From assembly GCA_048242115.1 (NCBI GenBank), contig DBFAWQ010000079.1:1-48942 (forward strand): 48,942 nt of DNA, read 5' to 3'. The DNA comes from Eggerthellaceae bacterium. Its GTDB lineage: Bacteria > Actinomycetota > Coriobacteriia > Coriobacteriales > Eggerthellaceae. Position 1 is the stretch's first letter. Every line of letters begins with the position of its first letter. The notes under the pieces were generated by a model, which searched no databases, was not told where the DNA came from, and saw only the letters and a list, made by a program, of their open reading frames with translations. Made by a program: the position numbers and the translations under genes. Shown here piece after piece: positions 25,549 through 34,825 of the stretch.

Positions 25549-26361
25549 ATGGAGAACGCTAACCCCGACGAGCTGTCCGCATCCGGCCACGACAGCTCCT
25601 TCATCCGCGAGCTCATCTGCCGCTTCGAGGAAGAGGTGGGCGTGCTGCAGATCGACACGGTCATCGAGGAGGCGGCCTACACCATCTTCGCGAACGGGGA
25701 GTTCCTGCGGGAGATGACCTGCTCGCCCTGGCATATCCCCGAGCTTGTGGTGGGAAGCCTGTTCACCTCGGGCGTCATCGACAGCGCCGATCAGGTGACG
25801 GCGCTGGACATCGACGACAAAGCGGGAACCATCCGAGTTGCCGTCGATTCCCCTTCGCCGAGCCACCAGCGGACGCAGCCCGAAGGCAACCGGCCCTTTA
25901 TGCCGGACGCGGCGTCCCCGCAGCCGAACGTCTCCCCCATGATCACGCCCAAGGCCGTCAGCTCGAACATCGAGTTTCTGGAGGGCAACTCCCACCTCTT
26001 CCATCGGACCGGCGGGGTGCACAGCGCCGCTGTCGTCGACGGGCAGAGCAACCTCCTGGCTTGGTTCGAGGACATCGGACGCCACAACGCGCTGGACAAG
26101 CTGGCCGGCTGGTGCCTGATGAACCATGTGGACGCCTCGGACAAAGTGCTCCTGTTCAGCGGCCGCATCCCCCGCGAGATCATCGCCCGGGCCATCCGCA
26201 TAGGATTCCCCGTGATCATCTCCCCCGGAGCCCCTACGAACCTGTCCATCGACCTGGCCTGCAAGCACGGCGTGACCCTCATCGGCTTCGCGAAGAACGG
26301 CCGCTTCAACGTCTACACCCACACCGCCCGCATCAAGGGCACCCACCCCTTCGAAGCCTAA
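25549..26361 (+). CDS. fdhD: FdhD-family Moco-binding sulfurtransferase homolog lacking the catalytic Cys loop
   Basis: TGGVHSAA, EDIGRHNALDK, SGRI, APT, LIGF motifs present; no Cys in the inter-domain loop. Confidence 0.88.
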   Translation: MENANPDELSASGHDSSFIRELICRFEEEVGVLQIDTVIEEAAYTIFANGEFLREMTCSPWHIPELVVGSLFTSGVIDSADQVTALDIDDKAGTIRVAVDSPSPSHQRTQPEGNRPFMPDAASPQPNVSPMITPKAVSSNIEFLEGNSHLFHRTGGVHSAAVVDGQSNLLAWFEDIGRHNALDKLAGWCLMNHVDASDKVLLFSGRIPREIIARAIRIGFPVIISPGAPTNLSIDLACKHGVTLIGFAKNGRFNVYTHTARIKGTHPFEA

Positions 26362-26448
26362 CAGGGATAACGCGGCGAAACGCGATTAACCCTTCGAGCC
26401 GAAACGCGTTGCTTACCCCCGATCCGACTTGCCACCGCAGCTTCGCTT

Positions 26449-26567
26449 TGGACAAAAATCGCAGAAGTGCTGTATGGAGGGGACAAAAACCGCAGAAGTG
26501 CTGCAATCTCGTACCATATTTCGCAGAAGTGCTGTATTCCCTACAGCACTTCTGCGATTTTTGTCCA
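26449..26567. repeat. 119-bp palindromic element with 26-bp terminal inverted repeats and 31-bp-period internal direct repeats
   Basis: TGGACAAAAATCGCAGAAGTGCTGTA (26449-26474) and its exact reverse complement (26542-26567); CGCAGAAGTGCTG at 26460, 26491, 26522. Confidence 0.9.
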
Positions 26568-26595
26568 GCGAAAACGAGGGGTGGGGGGTGCGGAC

Positions 26596-27942
26596 CTATT
26601 CTCGACAGCTCTTGGCGCCGTAGCCGTAGACGTTGCGCAGGCCTGCGATGAACAGGGCCGTTATGATCGCCGCCGCCAGCTCGGCCACCGATACCGAGTA
26701 CCAGATGCCGTCGGGGCCCAGCACAAGCGGCAGCAGCAGCACGGCGCCGCATTCGAAGACGAGCGTACGCAAAAAGGCGATGAGCGCCGACACCAGCCCG
26801 TTGTTGAGCGACGTGAAGAACGCCGAGCCGTAGATGGGCAGCCCCATGAGCAGGAAGGCCAGGGCGTAGATGCGGTAGGCGTTGGTGGTGAACTCCAGCA
26901 GCTCCGGGTCGTAGGACACGAAAATGGCCGAAAGCGTGGGGGCCAGCCATTCGGCCGCTGCGAACATGACCACCGACAGCGACCCCACAAAGGCGAGGCT
27001 CTTCAGCAGGATGCCGCGCATCTCGCGGTGGTTCCTGGCGCCGAACTGGTAGCTCATCAGCGGCGACGACCCCATGGCGTAACCCATGAATATGGCGCTG
27101 AATATCATGGCCGTGTAGCCGATGACGCTGTAGGCCGCCACGCCATCCTCGCCGATGTAGCGCATCAGCTGGAAGTTGTAGAGCATGGCCACCAGACTCA
27201 TGGCGATGTTCGACACCAGCTCGGACATGCCGTTCACGCAGGACTTGCCGATGGGGCGCCACTCCCACTTCGGTTTCGCCAGCCGAAGGAAGCTCGAATT
27301 CTTGCGGCAGAAGTACAGGAGCGGAATCGCGCCGCCCACCACCTGCCCCAGGGCCGTGGCGATGGCCGCACCAGCCAAGCCCCAGCCGAAGCCGCAGATG
27401 AACAGGGCGTCCAGCACCACGTTCGTCATCCCCGCCGCCACGATGACCGCGAAGCCGTAGGTGGGCTTGCCCGCTGTGGAGAACAGCGTCTGGAAGGCGA
27501 ACTGCAGCGCGAAGAAGGGCAGCGCCGCCATGACGATGCGTCCGTACACCACCGTCTCGTCCAGCAGCGCACCGGTGGCGCCCATGAGAGCCATGGCGTC
27601 CACCATGACCAGCTGCCCGACGACGCCCAGCACCAGGCCCAGGATGGCGGCGAATATGACGCAGAGCGAGAAGTAGCGGTTCGCCCGCGCATCGTCCCCC
27701 TCGCCGCGCGTCTTGGCGATAAGCGCGCTGCCGCCGGCACCCATCATGAGTCCCACGCTGGCGAAGATCATGATGAGCGGCCAGATGAGGTTCACGGCAG
27801 CCAGGGCGGTCTTGCCCACGAAGTTGGACACGAAGATTCCGTCGACCACGTTGTACAGCGATGTGAAGATCATCATCGCGATGGTGGGCAACGTGAACTT
27901 GATGAGCGCGCCCATGGTGAAGTGGCGGTTCATGTCCTGCAT
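26596..27942 (-). CDS. MATE-family efflux transporter
   Basis: LP.I......LYNVVDGIFV..FVG..ALAAV, NVVLD.LFI..FGWG.AGAAIAT; about 12 TM helices. Confidence 0.95.
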   Translation of the reverse strand: MQDMNRHFTMGALIKFTLPTIAMMIFTSLYNVVDGIFVSNFVGKTALAAVNLIWPLIMIFASVGLMMGAGGSALIAKTRGEGDDARANRYFSLCVIFAAILGLVLGVVGQLVMVDAMALMGATGALLDETVVYGRIVMAALPFFALQFAFQTLFSTAGKPTYGFAVIVAAGMTNVVLDALFICGFGWGLAGAAIATALGQVVGGAIPLLYFCRKNSSFLRLAKPKWEWRPIGKSCVNGMSELVSNIAMSLVAMLYNFQLMRYIGEDGVAAYSVIGYTAMIFSAIFMGYAMGSSPLMSYQFGARNHREMRGILLKSLAFVGSLSVVMFAAAEWLAPTLSAIFVSYDPELLEFTTNAYRIYALAFLLMGLPIYGSAFFTSLNNGLVSALIAFLRTLVFECGAVLLLPLVLGPDGIWYSVSVAELAAAIITALFIAGLRNVYGYGAKSCRE

Positions 27943-28030
27943 AACGCACAGTCCTTCGGTACGGTCGGAAACGAAATGGCTCTACTTCTTACCATCTTCC
28001 CACAGAGTCCGCACCAAACTGCGTTCTATC
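27943..28030 (-). promoter_or_regulatory. Structured 5' leader of the MATE gene (riboswitch/attenuator candidate)
   Basis: TACGAT -10 at 28041-28036. The 5' AACGCAGTTT can pair with GGAC-TG-TGCGTT over the RBS; inner hairpin AGATGGT/GCCATTT with loop AAGAAGTAGA. Confidence 0.45.
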
Positions 28031-28258
28031 TCCATATCGTAGGAAAGGGGGCAGCGCAAACCCGGGGAGACGCGCCCCGGAAAGCAGCCGCTCCCGTCCG
28101 GGTGCTTGCGGGCGTTCGGGCGGGAGGGCTGGAAAGAGGCGGGGAGCGACCTTGCGGCCGCTCCCCTCTCGGGGCCTAGGGAAAGCCCCTAACCGCAGGC
28201 GGCCGAACCGCCGTTGGCTCGATGGATGCGCGCTGGGCGCAAAGGGTCGTCGCTTCGC

Positions 28259-29776
28259 CTACAGGGCGGCCAAGCTCTCGCCCACGTAGTAGCCGGTGGC
28301 CATGCAGGTGGACACGCTGGCGCGGGACTCCGTGACCAGGGCGCCGCAGGCGTACAGGCCGGGGATCTCCTGGTCCTGCTCGTCCAGGACCATGTTGTTC
28401 GGGCCGACCACCAGGCCGCCGGAGGTCTTGTAGCGGCACACGTTCAGCTTCAGCGCGTGGTAGGGCGGCTGCAGGGTGTCCAGCCACGCCTTCTTGCCGA
28501 AGTCGGTGTCCTCGCCGCCGGCTACCAGCTCGGCGTAGCGGTCGAAGGTGGCCACCAGGTTGTCAACCGGCACGTCCATGCCCACCGCCAGCTCCTCGAC
28601 GGTGCCGGCCTTCACGTACACGTCCTCATGGGACTTGATGTTGCCCTCCACGGACTCGGCGATGGCGCGGGCGTCGAAGGCGCGCTGGTCGAAGATGGAC
28701 CACCACTGGGTGTAGCCGTTGTCCAGGGCGGCCTGGGCGGCGTCGTGGGACTGGGCCTCCTCGATGAAGCGCTTGCCGTTGGGCAGCACCAGCACGATCG
28801 GCGTCCAGTAGCCCCAGGTGGTGCAGTTGGGGATGTCGCCCATCAGGTTGCAGTAGGTGAAGGACGTGTCCATGCCGTCAAGCTTGGCGCCGGCGGCCAC
28901 GGCCATCTTGTGGCCCTCGCCCACGCAGCCGTGGACCATCTGGCCGACGTTGGCCCAGGCGGGCAGGTAGTGGGCCACCATCTCGCCGTTGTCGGCGAAG
29001 CCGCCCGTGGCCAGGACCACCGCGTCGGCCTTGATGTCGATGATCTTGCCGTTGGTCTCGTCCTGGAAGCGGCAGCCGATGACGGCGCCGTCGGTGCTCT
29101 TGATGAGGTTGGTGGCGCGCAGGCTGAGCTTCGTCTCCACGCCCAGCTCCTTGAGCTTCGAGCTGATGGGGACGATGAGGTTCGGGCCGCCGGTGCCGAT
29201 GCCGCCCTCGGGCAGAATGACCGTGGCGGACAGGCGCGGCAGCTCGTCGGCGGTGCAGGGGGTCTGGTACTTGGCGCCGAAGTCGTTGATGGCCGAGTTC
29301 ACGAACTTGGTCATGGCGAAGTACTTGCCCTTCGCCCACTCCTCGTACCATTCCACGTCCTCGTGGCCCTTCAGCTGGCGCTCCTTGGCGGCCTCCCACG
29401 CCTCCTCGATGGTGGTGGGGTTGCCGGCGGCCTGCTGCAGCTCGGTGCCGTTGGCGAACATGAAACAGCACGACGTGGCGGAGTCGCCGCCGGGCTGCAC
29501 CTGCTTGTCCACCATGATGATCTTCTTGCCCGCCAGCGCCGGCGCCATGGCCGCGCCCAGGCCGGCGTAGCCGGTGCCGACGATGAGGATCTCGGTCTCC
29601 TCGGTGAAGTTCACGGGCGCATAGCCGGCAAGGCCCTCGCCGGTATCGGCCCCCGCGGAAACCGGCTCCTGCTTCGACGTATCGCCTGCAGGCGAGCAGC
29701 CGGCCAGGGCACCGGCCCCGGCAACCAGGCACGAAGCGCCGCCGATTTTCAGAAAGTCTCGACGTGAAAGCGTCAT
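28259..29776 (-). CDS. Tat-exported FAD-dependent oxidoreductase (flavocytochrome c flavin-subunit family)
   Basis: SRRDFLK, LAGC lipobox, VGTGYAG, LATGGF, GKRFIEE, DTDFGK, IPGLYACG; GGAGGG RBS. Confidence 0.93.
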   Translation of the reverse strand: MTLSRRDFLKIGGASCLVAGAGALAGCSPAGDTSKQEPVSAGADTGEGLAGYAPVNFTEETEILIVGTGYAGLGAAMAPALAGKKIIMVDKQVQPGGDSATSCCFMFANGTELQQAAGNPTTIEEAWEAAKERQLKGHEDVEWYEEWAKGKYFAMTKFVNSAINDFGAKYQTPCTADELPRLSATVILPEGGIGTGGPNLIVPISSKLKELGVETKLSLRATNLIKSTDGAVIGCRFQDETNGKIIDIKADAVVLATGGFADNGEMVAHYLPAWANVGQMVHGCVGEGHKMAVAAGAKLDGMDTSFTYCNLMGDIPNCTTWGYWTPIVLVLPNGKRFIEEAQSHDAAQAALDNGYTQWWSIFDQRAFDARAIAESVEGNIKSHEDVYVKAGTVEELAVGMDVPVDNLVATFDRYAELVAGGEDTDFGKKAWLDTLQPPYHALKLNVCRYKTSGGLVVGPNNMVLDEQDQEIPGLYACGALVTESRASVSTCMATGYYVGESLAAL

Positions 29777-29925
29777 TATGAACCCTCCATTCATAGGACG
29801 TCCGTTCCGCCCGCTCAATCCGGCCCTCCCCTTCGAAGGCCGTCTGCGCACTCCCATGCGCCAGGCGGATGTAACGGGGCAAATCCTACGGTAAAGAAGG
29901 TCCTTCGCGCTCCCCCAAAAAATGG

Positions 29926-31398
29926 TTAACTTTTAAAAAGGTCGATGACCTGCTGTTTCTTGTTGACTCCCAGCTTCAGGTACAAACTTTTGATGTAACC
30001 TTGAACCGTCGAAGTCGACAGGTGCAACACCTCGGCGATGGCTGCGGCGGTATACCCCTGGGCAAGCCCCACCAGCACGTCGCGCTCCCGATGGGACAGC
30101 TGGTACTCGTCCACCAGCTCCTCCACGCGCCGCTCCACGGACTGCTCGAAGGTCTCGACGACGCGCTCGGTCACCCGCTCGGTCACGCGCTCGACCACCA
30201 CCGTCTCCTGGCTGCGGCGCCGCGACAGCATGATGCTGTGAAGCCCAACGATGATGCCCAGGATGTACACGCTGGCCACGCACACGATGGTTACGCGCAC
30301 GAAGGTGCCGCCCTCGGTCAGGTTGCCGAAGTACCACCCCAAAGCCAGGCCCGCCATGAGGAACAGCCGGCGGCTCATGCCGTAGATGGCCATGATGCCG
30401 TAGCAGCTGTCCCCGCTGCTGCGGCACGCCATGACGACGCAGTACAGCGAGAGCATGGTGGTGAAGGCGTAGGCCGAGTAGACCACCGTGGACAGCGGCA
30501 CGGACAGGCTGGTCCCGAAGAAGGGCAGCAGCAGGAACACGGCGATGACGCCGGGAAACACCACGTTGTAGACGATCTGCTGCCTCGGCGCGCGACTGGT
30601 CACCAGCACGAACAGGATGACCAGGGCCGAGCAGATAGCCGAGCCCCATACCGGCGCGTTGTCGGCGATGACGAAGGAATCGCGGTTCAGGCTCGCGTAG
30701 GTGTTGACCAGCCCCACCACCAGCTCGAAGGCCGACGCCGCCAGAATGGGCATCATCGACCCCTGCAGGGTGCGCTTCAGCGTGCGAGGAGGGTTCTCGG
30801 GATAAGGGGTAGGCTGCTCGATGCGCCGGCATAGGCTTATCAGCAAGGCGGTGACCAGGCACGCGACTGCATAGACCACCGATTCCCACGGACGGGGGAG
30901 GACGCCGAATGCGGTGATGATAAGCGGCATGAGAAACGACGCAAGCGCCAGCTGCACGATGGGAACCAAAGGCGACGTCCCCAGAACCAGCAGCTCCACG
31001 CACGAGAGGCTCAAGATAGTGACGATGATGCCCCACACCACGCCCAGCCCTCCGGCTGACAGCGTCTCGAACAGACGCTCGGGGAAAAGGGCGTTCACCA
31101 GGTACAGGGCCGCCGACACCGAAAGCGCCGCCGTGGCGTTGGTGCCGAAGGGCCTGAGCCACCCCTTCCCGTACAGCAGCAAAACCACCGAGCACGAGCA
31201 CACGTTGCCGATGCCGGCGCCTACCATGAACTGCCCGTTCGACACGTAGCCGAGCGGCTCGGCGAACGTTCCGAAGTTCGTCGTGTAGCTGGAAAAGGAG
31301 ACCGCCTTGTACAGGCTGTACAGCACAAGCACCAAAGCCGCCGAAGGCGCAAAGGCCTTCCGAATCTCCGCGTATTTCCCCTTGAGCACTCTTGACAT
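29926..31398 (-). CDS. Multi-TM membrane-embedded LuxR-family regulator
   Basis: About 12 hydrophobic helices then LSHRERDVL..LAQG.T...IAEVLHLSTSTV..YIKSLY.KLGV. Confidence 0.92.
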   Translation of the reverse strand: MSRVLKGKYAEIRKAFAPSAALVLVLYSLYKAVSFSSYTTNFGTFAEPLGYVSNGQFMVGAGIGNVCSCSVVLLLYGKGWLRPFGTNATAALSVSAALYLVNALFPERLFETLSAGGLGVVWGIIVTILSLSCVELLVLGTSPLVPIVQLALASFLMPLIITAFGVLPRPWESVVYAVACLVTALLISLCRRIEQPTPYPENPPRTLKRTLQGSMMPILAASAFELVVGLVNTYASLNRDSFVIADNAPVWGSAICSALVILFVLVTSRAPRQQIVYNVVFPGVIAVFLLLPFFGTSLSVPLSTVVYSAYAFTTMLSLYCVVMACRSSGDSCYGIMAIYGMSRRLFLMAGLALGWYFGNLTEGGTFVRVTIVCVASVYILGIIVGLHSIMLSRRRSQETVVVERVTERVTERVVETFEQSVERRVEELVDEYQLSHRERDVLVGLAQGYTAAAIAEVLHLSTSTVQGYIKSLYLKLGVNKKQQVIDLFKS

Positions 31399-31432
31399 CC
31401 TATCTACTTTGTTATAGATTCACTATAACAAA
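31392..31432 (+). promoter_or_regulatory. Promoter TTGACA-17-TAGATT overlapped by perfect palindrome TTTGTTATAG-N5-CTATAACAAA (GntR/YtrA operator)
   Basis: -35 at 31392-31397, -10 at 31415-31420, palindrome at 31408-31432. Confidence 0.8.
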
Positions 31433-31467
31433 TAGAACATTTCCTATAGATGCAAGGAGGCTCCCTA

Positions 31468-31902
31468 ATGCTACTTCGAACGAGCAGCACCTCCGACAAG
31501 CCATTATACCAGCAGCTTCGCGACCAGATAGTGGAAGGGATCGCCGTTGGCGAGTTGGAACCTGGGACGAAGCTACCCTCGGTTCGCGCCCTGGCAACCG
31601 ATCTGGGCATCAATCTGCACACCGTGAACAAAGCCTACGCGCTTCTGCGCGACGAGGGCTACGTAACCATGCGGGGCCGCGCCGGGGCGGTGGTGGCCGT
31701 ACCCGGCCAGACGTCGGCCTTGCGAGGGCAGTTAGAGGACGAGCGCATGGACGAGGCCCTCTTCGAGGCGGCTCTGGCCTTCCGCGCTCGCGGAGGCACC
31801 TTGGAGGGTTTCCTCGTCCGAGCCGCCGACCAGGCCGAAAAAGCCTTTGCAGGAGCGGTCCCGCAGGCGCAGGACGCTTGCTCCGAAGCCGGCCGCGCCT
31901 GA
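31468..31902 (+). CDS. GntR-family (YtrA-like) regulator
   Basis: PLYQQLRDQI..LPSVRALA.DLGINLHTVNKAY..L; AAGGAGG RBS. Confidence 0.93.
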   Translation: MLLRTSSTSDKPLYQQLRDQIVEGIAVGELEPGTKLPSVRALATDLGINLHTVNKAYALLRDEGYVTMRGRAGAVVAVPGQTSALRGQLEDERMDEALFEAALAFRARGGTLEGFLVRAADQAEKAFAGAVPQAQDACSEAGRA

Positions 31903-32017
31903 CCGCACCGTCCTGGGGCGAGCCGCCGCAACGGGGCACCCGCCTCCAACGAGCAGCGCGTCCGAACCGCCCCGTTTTCCCGCCTTCCCACCGTCCGAGA
32001 GCAAAAGGAGTTTCACC

Positions 32018-33157
32018 ATGGCCGATACCGTAACCTTCTCGATCGCCAATCCCGCGGGCATGTTTTTCTGGATGTTCGTCCTGATACTGGCAGCCGTCGG
32101 CGGCCTGCTGGCCGCCACCCCCTACCTTATGCCGAAAAGCGAGTGCTTCGCCGTCACGGTGCCGGACGCCGCGGCAAACGACCCGTACCTTAAAAGGCTC
32201 AAGCGACGCTACCTTGCGCTCACCGCCGCAGCCACCGCCGTCGTCCTGGCCGTCTCGGTGGGCGTCTACCTGACCTTCGCCATGAAGGGCTTCGTCATCG
32301 CCTTCACCGTAGGGCTGGTGGGGCTGTGCCCGCTGTCTTTCGGGCTCATGCTGTGCTTCCGCGCCAAGGTCAGGGCCTACAAGCGGGCCCAGGGATGGAA
32401 GGCGACGGAGCAGCAGAGCGTGGCCCTCGTGGGCGACGAGCCCCTGCCCCACGCCCTGTCGATGAAATGGGACCTGCTGTTCCTGGCCTTGGCCGCCCTT
32501 ACCGCCGCGGTCGGCGCCATCTGCTACCCCCTGATGCCCGAACGCATTCCCATGCACTTCGGCTTCGGCGGCGAGGTCACCACCTGGGCGGACAAGTCCT
32601 GGGGCGTAGCGGCCTTTCCCGTGCTCTTCGTTCTGTTCATGGGCGCGGTCATGACGTTCTCCCACTGGACCATCGTCCGCTCGAAGAAAGCGAGCAATCC
32701 ATCCACCCCCGTAGCCACCGCCTGGGCCTACGGCACGTTCGCCCGTGCGCAGAGCATCCTCTTGGTCTCCATGGGAACGCTCCTGGGGCTGCTGGGCCCC
32801 ATCATGGAGCTGACTTTCGCGGAGGTCTTCACGCTGCAGCAGATGCTCGTGCCCATCCTGATCGTCGTGTTCGTCTGCGTTGCAGCCTCCATCGCCGTGA
32901 GCGCAATCTACGGGCAGAACGGGTCGCGGCTTATCGCCCGCATGGAGGAGGACCCTCGCCTTGCTGCGGACAACGACCAGTACTGGAAGGCCGGCATCTT
33001 CTACGTGAACCCGAACGACCCGAGCCTCTTCCTGCCCGAGCGCTTCGGCATCGGCTGGACCATGAACCTGGGGCGTCCGGCGGTTTGGGGGATGCTGGCC
33101 GCCTTAGCCTTGCTGGTAGCCGGCTTTTGCATAGGGTGCTTCCTGCTGGTGGGGTAA
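32018..33157 (+). CDS. DUF1648/DUF5808 membrane protein (SdpI-like immunity family)
   Basis: PERIPMHFG..G, WKAGIFYVNPNDPSLFLPERFGIGWTMN; AAAGGAG RBS before ATG 32018. Confidence 0.85.
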   Translation: MADTVTFSIANPAGMFFWMFVLILAAVGGLLAATPYLMPKSECFAVTVPDAAANDPYLKRLKRRYLALTAAATAVVLAVSVGVYLTFAMKGFVIAFTVGLVGLCPLSFGLMLCFRAKVRAYKRAQGWKATEQQSVALVGDEPLPHALSMKWDLLFLALAALTAAVGAICYPLMPERIPMHFGFGGEVTTWADKSWGVAAFPVLFVLFMGAVMTFSHWTIVRSKKASNPSTPVATAWAYGTFARAQSILLVSMGTLLGLLGPIMELTFAEVFTLQQMLVPILIVVFVCVAASIAVSAIYGQNGSRLIARMEEDPRLAADNDQYWKAGIFYVNPNDPSLFLPERFGIGWTMNLGRPAVWGMLAALALLVAGFCIGCFLLVG

Positions 33158-33274
33158 GCGGGCAGAGGTCGAAGAGGGTGGTTGCGCAATTGCGCAGCAA
33201 GAAGTTGGGGCCGCACAAGGCAGCCCCCGACGAACCGACCGACGACAGCCGAAAACCCGAAAAGGGCACGCTTT

Positions 33275-34825
33275 CTAGCGAGAAATCCTTTCGAGAGCCC
33301 GCTGCGCCGCAACCCGGCCGGAGTTGACGTTGTTGGCATTGCAGCCACCCGCGATGTTCATGGTGTACACGTTGGACCAAAGCATGGCGCCCTCCACGCC
33401 CACTACGTAAAGGCCCTCGATGGGAGCGCCCGATTCGCTCACGGCGTTGAAGTTCCTGTCCGTCGCGATAGAGCCAATCGCTACCTGGATATCGATGGTC
33501 GCACGAAAGGCGTAGTAGGGCCCGACCTCGAGCGGCATGAGTGCGTCGGAGGATTTCCCATAGTCCCCGTCGTCCTTGCGTGCGCAGTAGCCGTTGTAGC
33601 GCTCGACGGTCTGCTGAAGCACGACAGCATCCAGACCGACACCATCGGCAAGCTCCTTGACGGATTCAGCCCGCACGATCTCCCCCGATGCCATGCCGTC
33701 GTCAAGCTGCTTTTGCGCCTCGGGGTCCCCCGCCATGAATACATCGAGCATGGCCTGATCCATGAGGATATGCGTTTGCTTGTAAGGCCACGCGGGAATA
33801 GTCATAGTCATAGGATTGACGCCGGAAAAGTCCTCGTTCACGAAGCGCTCCGCATTCTCGTTCACCCAGACCGCGTAAGGAGCAGCGATGCCGATGAGGA
33901 AGCTGAACTTACCATCGTTGAAGTAATCCGGCAATCCGGAGATGCTGATAGCCCCAAGATAGGAAGTCTTGTCTCGATTACTCTTGGCTCCTGCTGCGCG
34001 AAGCATGTTGTGCCCCGTGCCGTCATGCCCCGGCATGCCAACGTAGTTCAGGTTCTCTGCAAGGATGCCGTTCTGGGCGATCATGTCGAAGTCCTCCGCG
34101 TAACCGCCCGTAGCCACGATCACCGACGAAGCGTTAATCTGGATTCGGCCTTCCGTCTTGCTGGTCGCGTAGAGGCCGGCAACGACACCGTCCCCGTCGA
34201 CGATGAGTTTGTCTGCCAAGGTATCGTACATGAACTCCACGCCCGCGTTCTCCGCCGCTGCCAGCATCGCTGGCACATAGCCCACGGAGCCCTTGTCCTC
34301 CTCGAAGCGATGAAAGACGCGCAGAGTGCCCTTGTCGCTGTCCAGGGACATGAAGGTAACGCCATGGTCCATCAGCCAATCGACGTTCGCGCCGGAGTTA
34401 TGCACCATGTCGGTGTAATTGGGTCCGGAGACGCGGTTCTGCCCAGCCTCCAGCTCCGCGCGAACAGTGGTGCCGGTGGAAACCTCGACGTTTTCCTGTT
34501 TCTGCCAGCTCGACCCGACGCCGAAGATGCCCTCGACGCCCGCCTCGCCTCCACCGGCTATGCTCTGGCGCTCGACGCAGATAACGTGGGCACCCGCCTC
34601 GCCCGCCTCGACGGCTGCAGCCAGTCCCGAGCCGCCCGCTCCGACGACGACTATATCGCAGTCGTACGCCTTCGAGACGCTCTCCTCTGCCTCCGCCGTC
34701 GTTGCATCGGAACCTTTTTTCGATTCTCCCTGGGGACTGCACCCGACAAGGCCGAAAACACCCGCCATCGCCGCAATGCTGGCTCCTTGCAGCAGGGTCC
34801 TCCGCGAAAGCGCTTGCTTTTCCAT
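33275..34825 (-). CDS. Tat-exported FAD-dependent oxidoreductase (flavocytochrome c family)
   Basis: SRRTLL, LVGC lipobox, VVGAGGSGLAAA, ATGGY, ERFVNE, IEGLYVVG. Confidence 0.92.
   Translation of the reverse strand: MEKQALSRRTLLQGASIAAMAGVFGLVGCSPQGESKKGSDATTAEAEESVSKAYDCDIVVVGAGGSGLAAAVEAGEAGAHVICVERQSIAGGGEAGVEGIFGVGSSWQKQENVEVSTGTTVRAELEAGQNRVSGPNYTDMVHNSGANVDWLMDHGVTFMSLDSDKGTLRVFHRFEEDKGSVGYVPAMLAAAENAGVEFMYDTLADKLIVDGDGVVAGLYATSKTEGRIQINASSVIVATGGYAEDFDMIAQNGILAENLNYVGMPGHDGTGHNMLRAAGAKSNRDKTSYLGAISISGLPDYFNDGKFSFLIGIAAPYAVWVNENAERFVNEDFSGVNPMTMTIPAWPYKQTHILMDQAMLDVFMAGDPEAQKQLDDGMASGEIVRAESVKELADGVGLDAVVLQQTVERYNGYCARKDDGDYGKSSDALMPLEVGPYYAFRATIDIQVAIGSIATDRNFNAVSESGAPIEGLYVVGVEGAMLWSNVYTMNIAGGCNANNVNSGRVAAQRALERISR

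Noticed and set aside
26449..26567. Regularly spaced repeats as a mini CRISPR array (also 38568-38699)
   Set aside because: The 31-bp period leaves only 6-15 nt between repeats, copies are inverted, and no cas genes are present.
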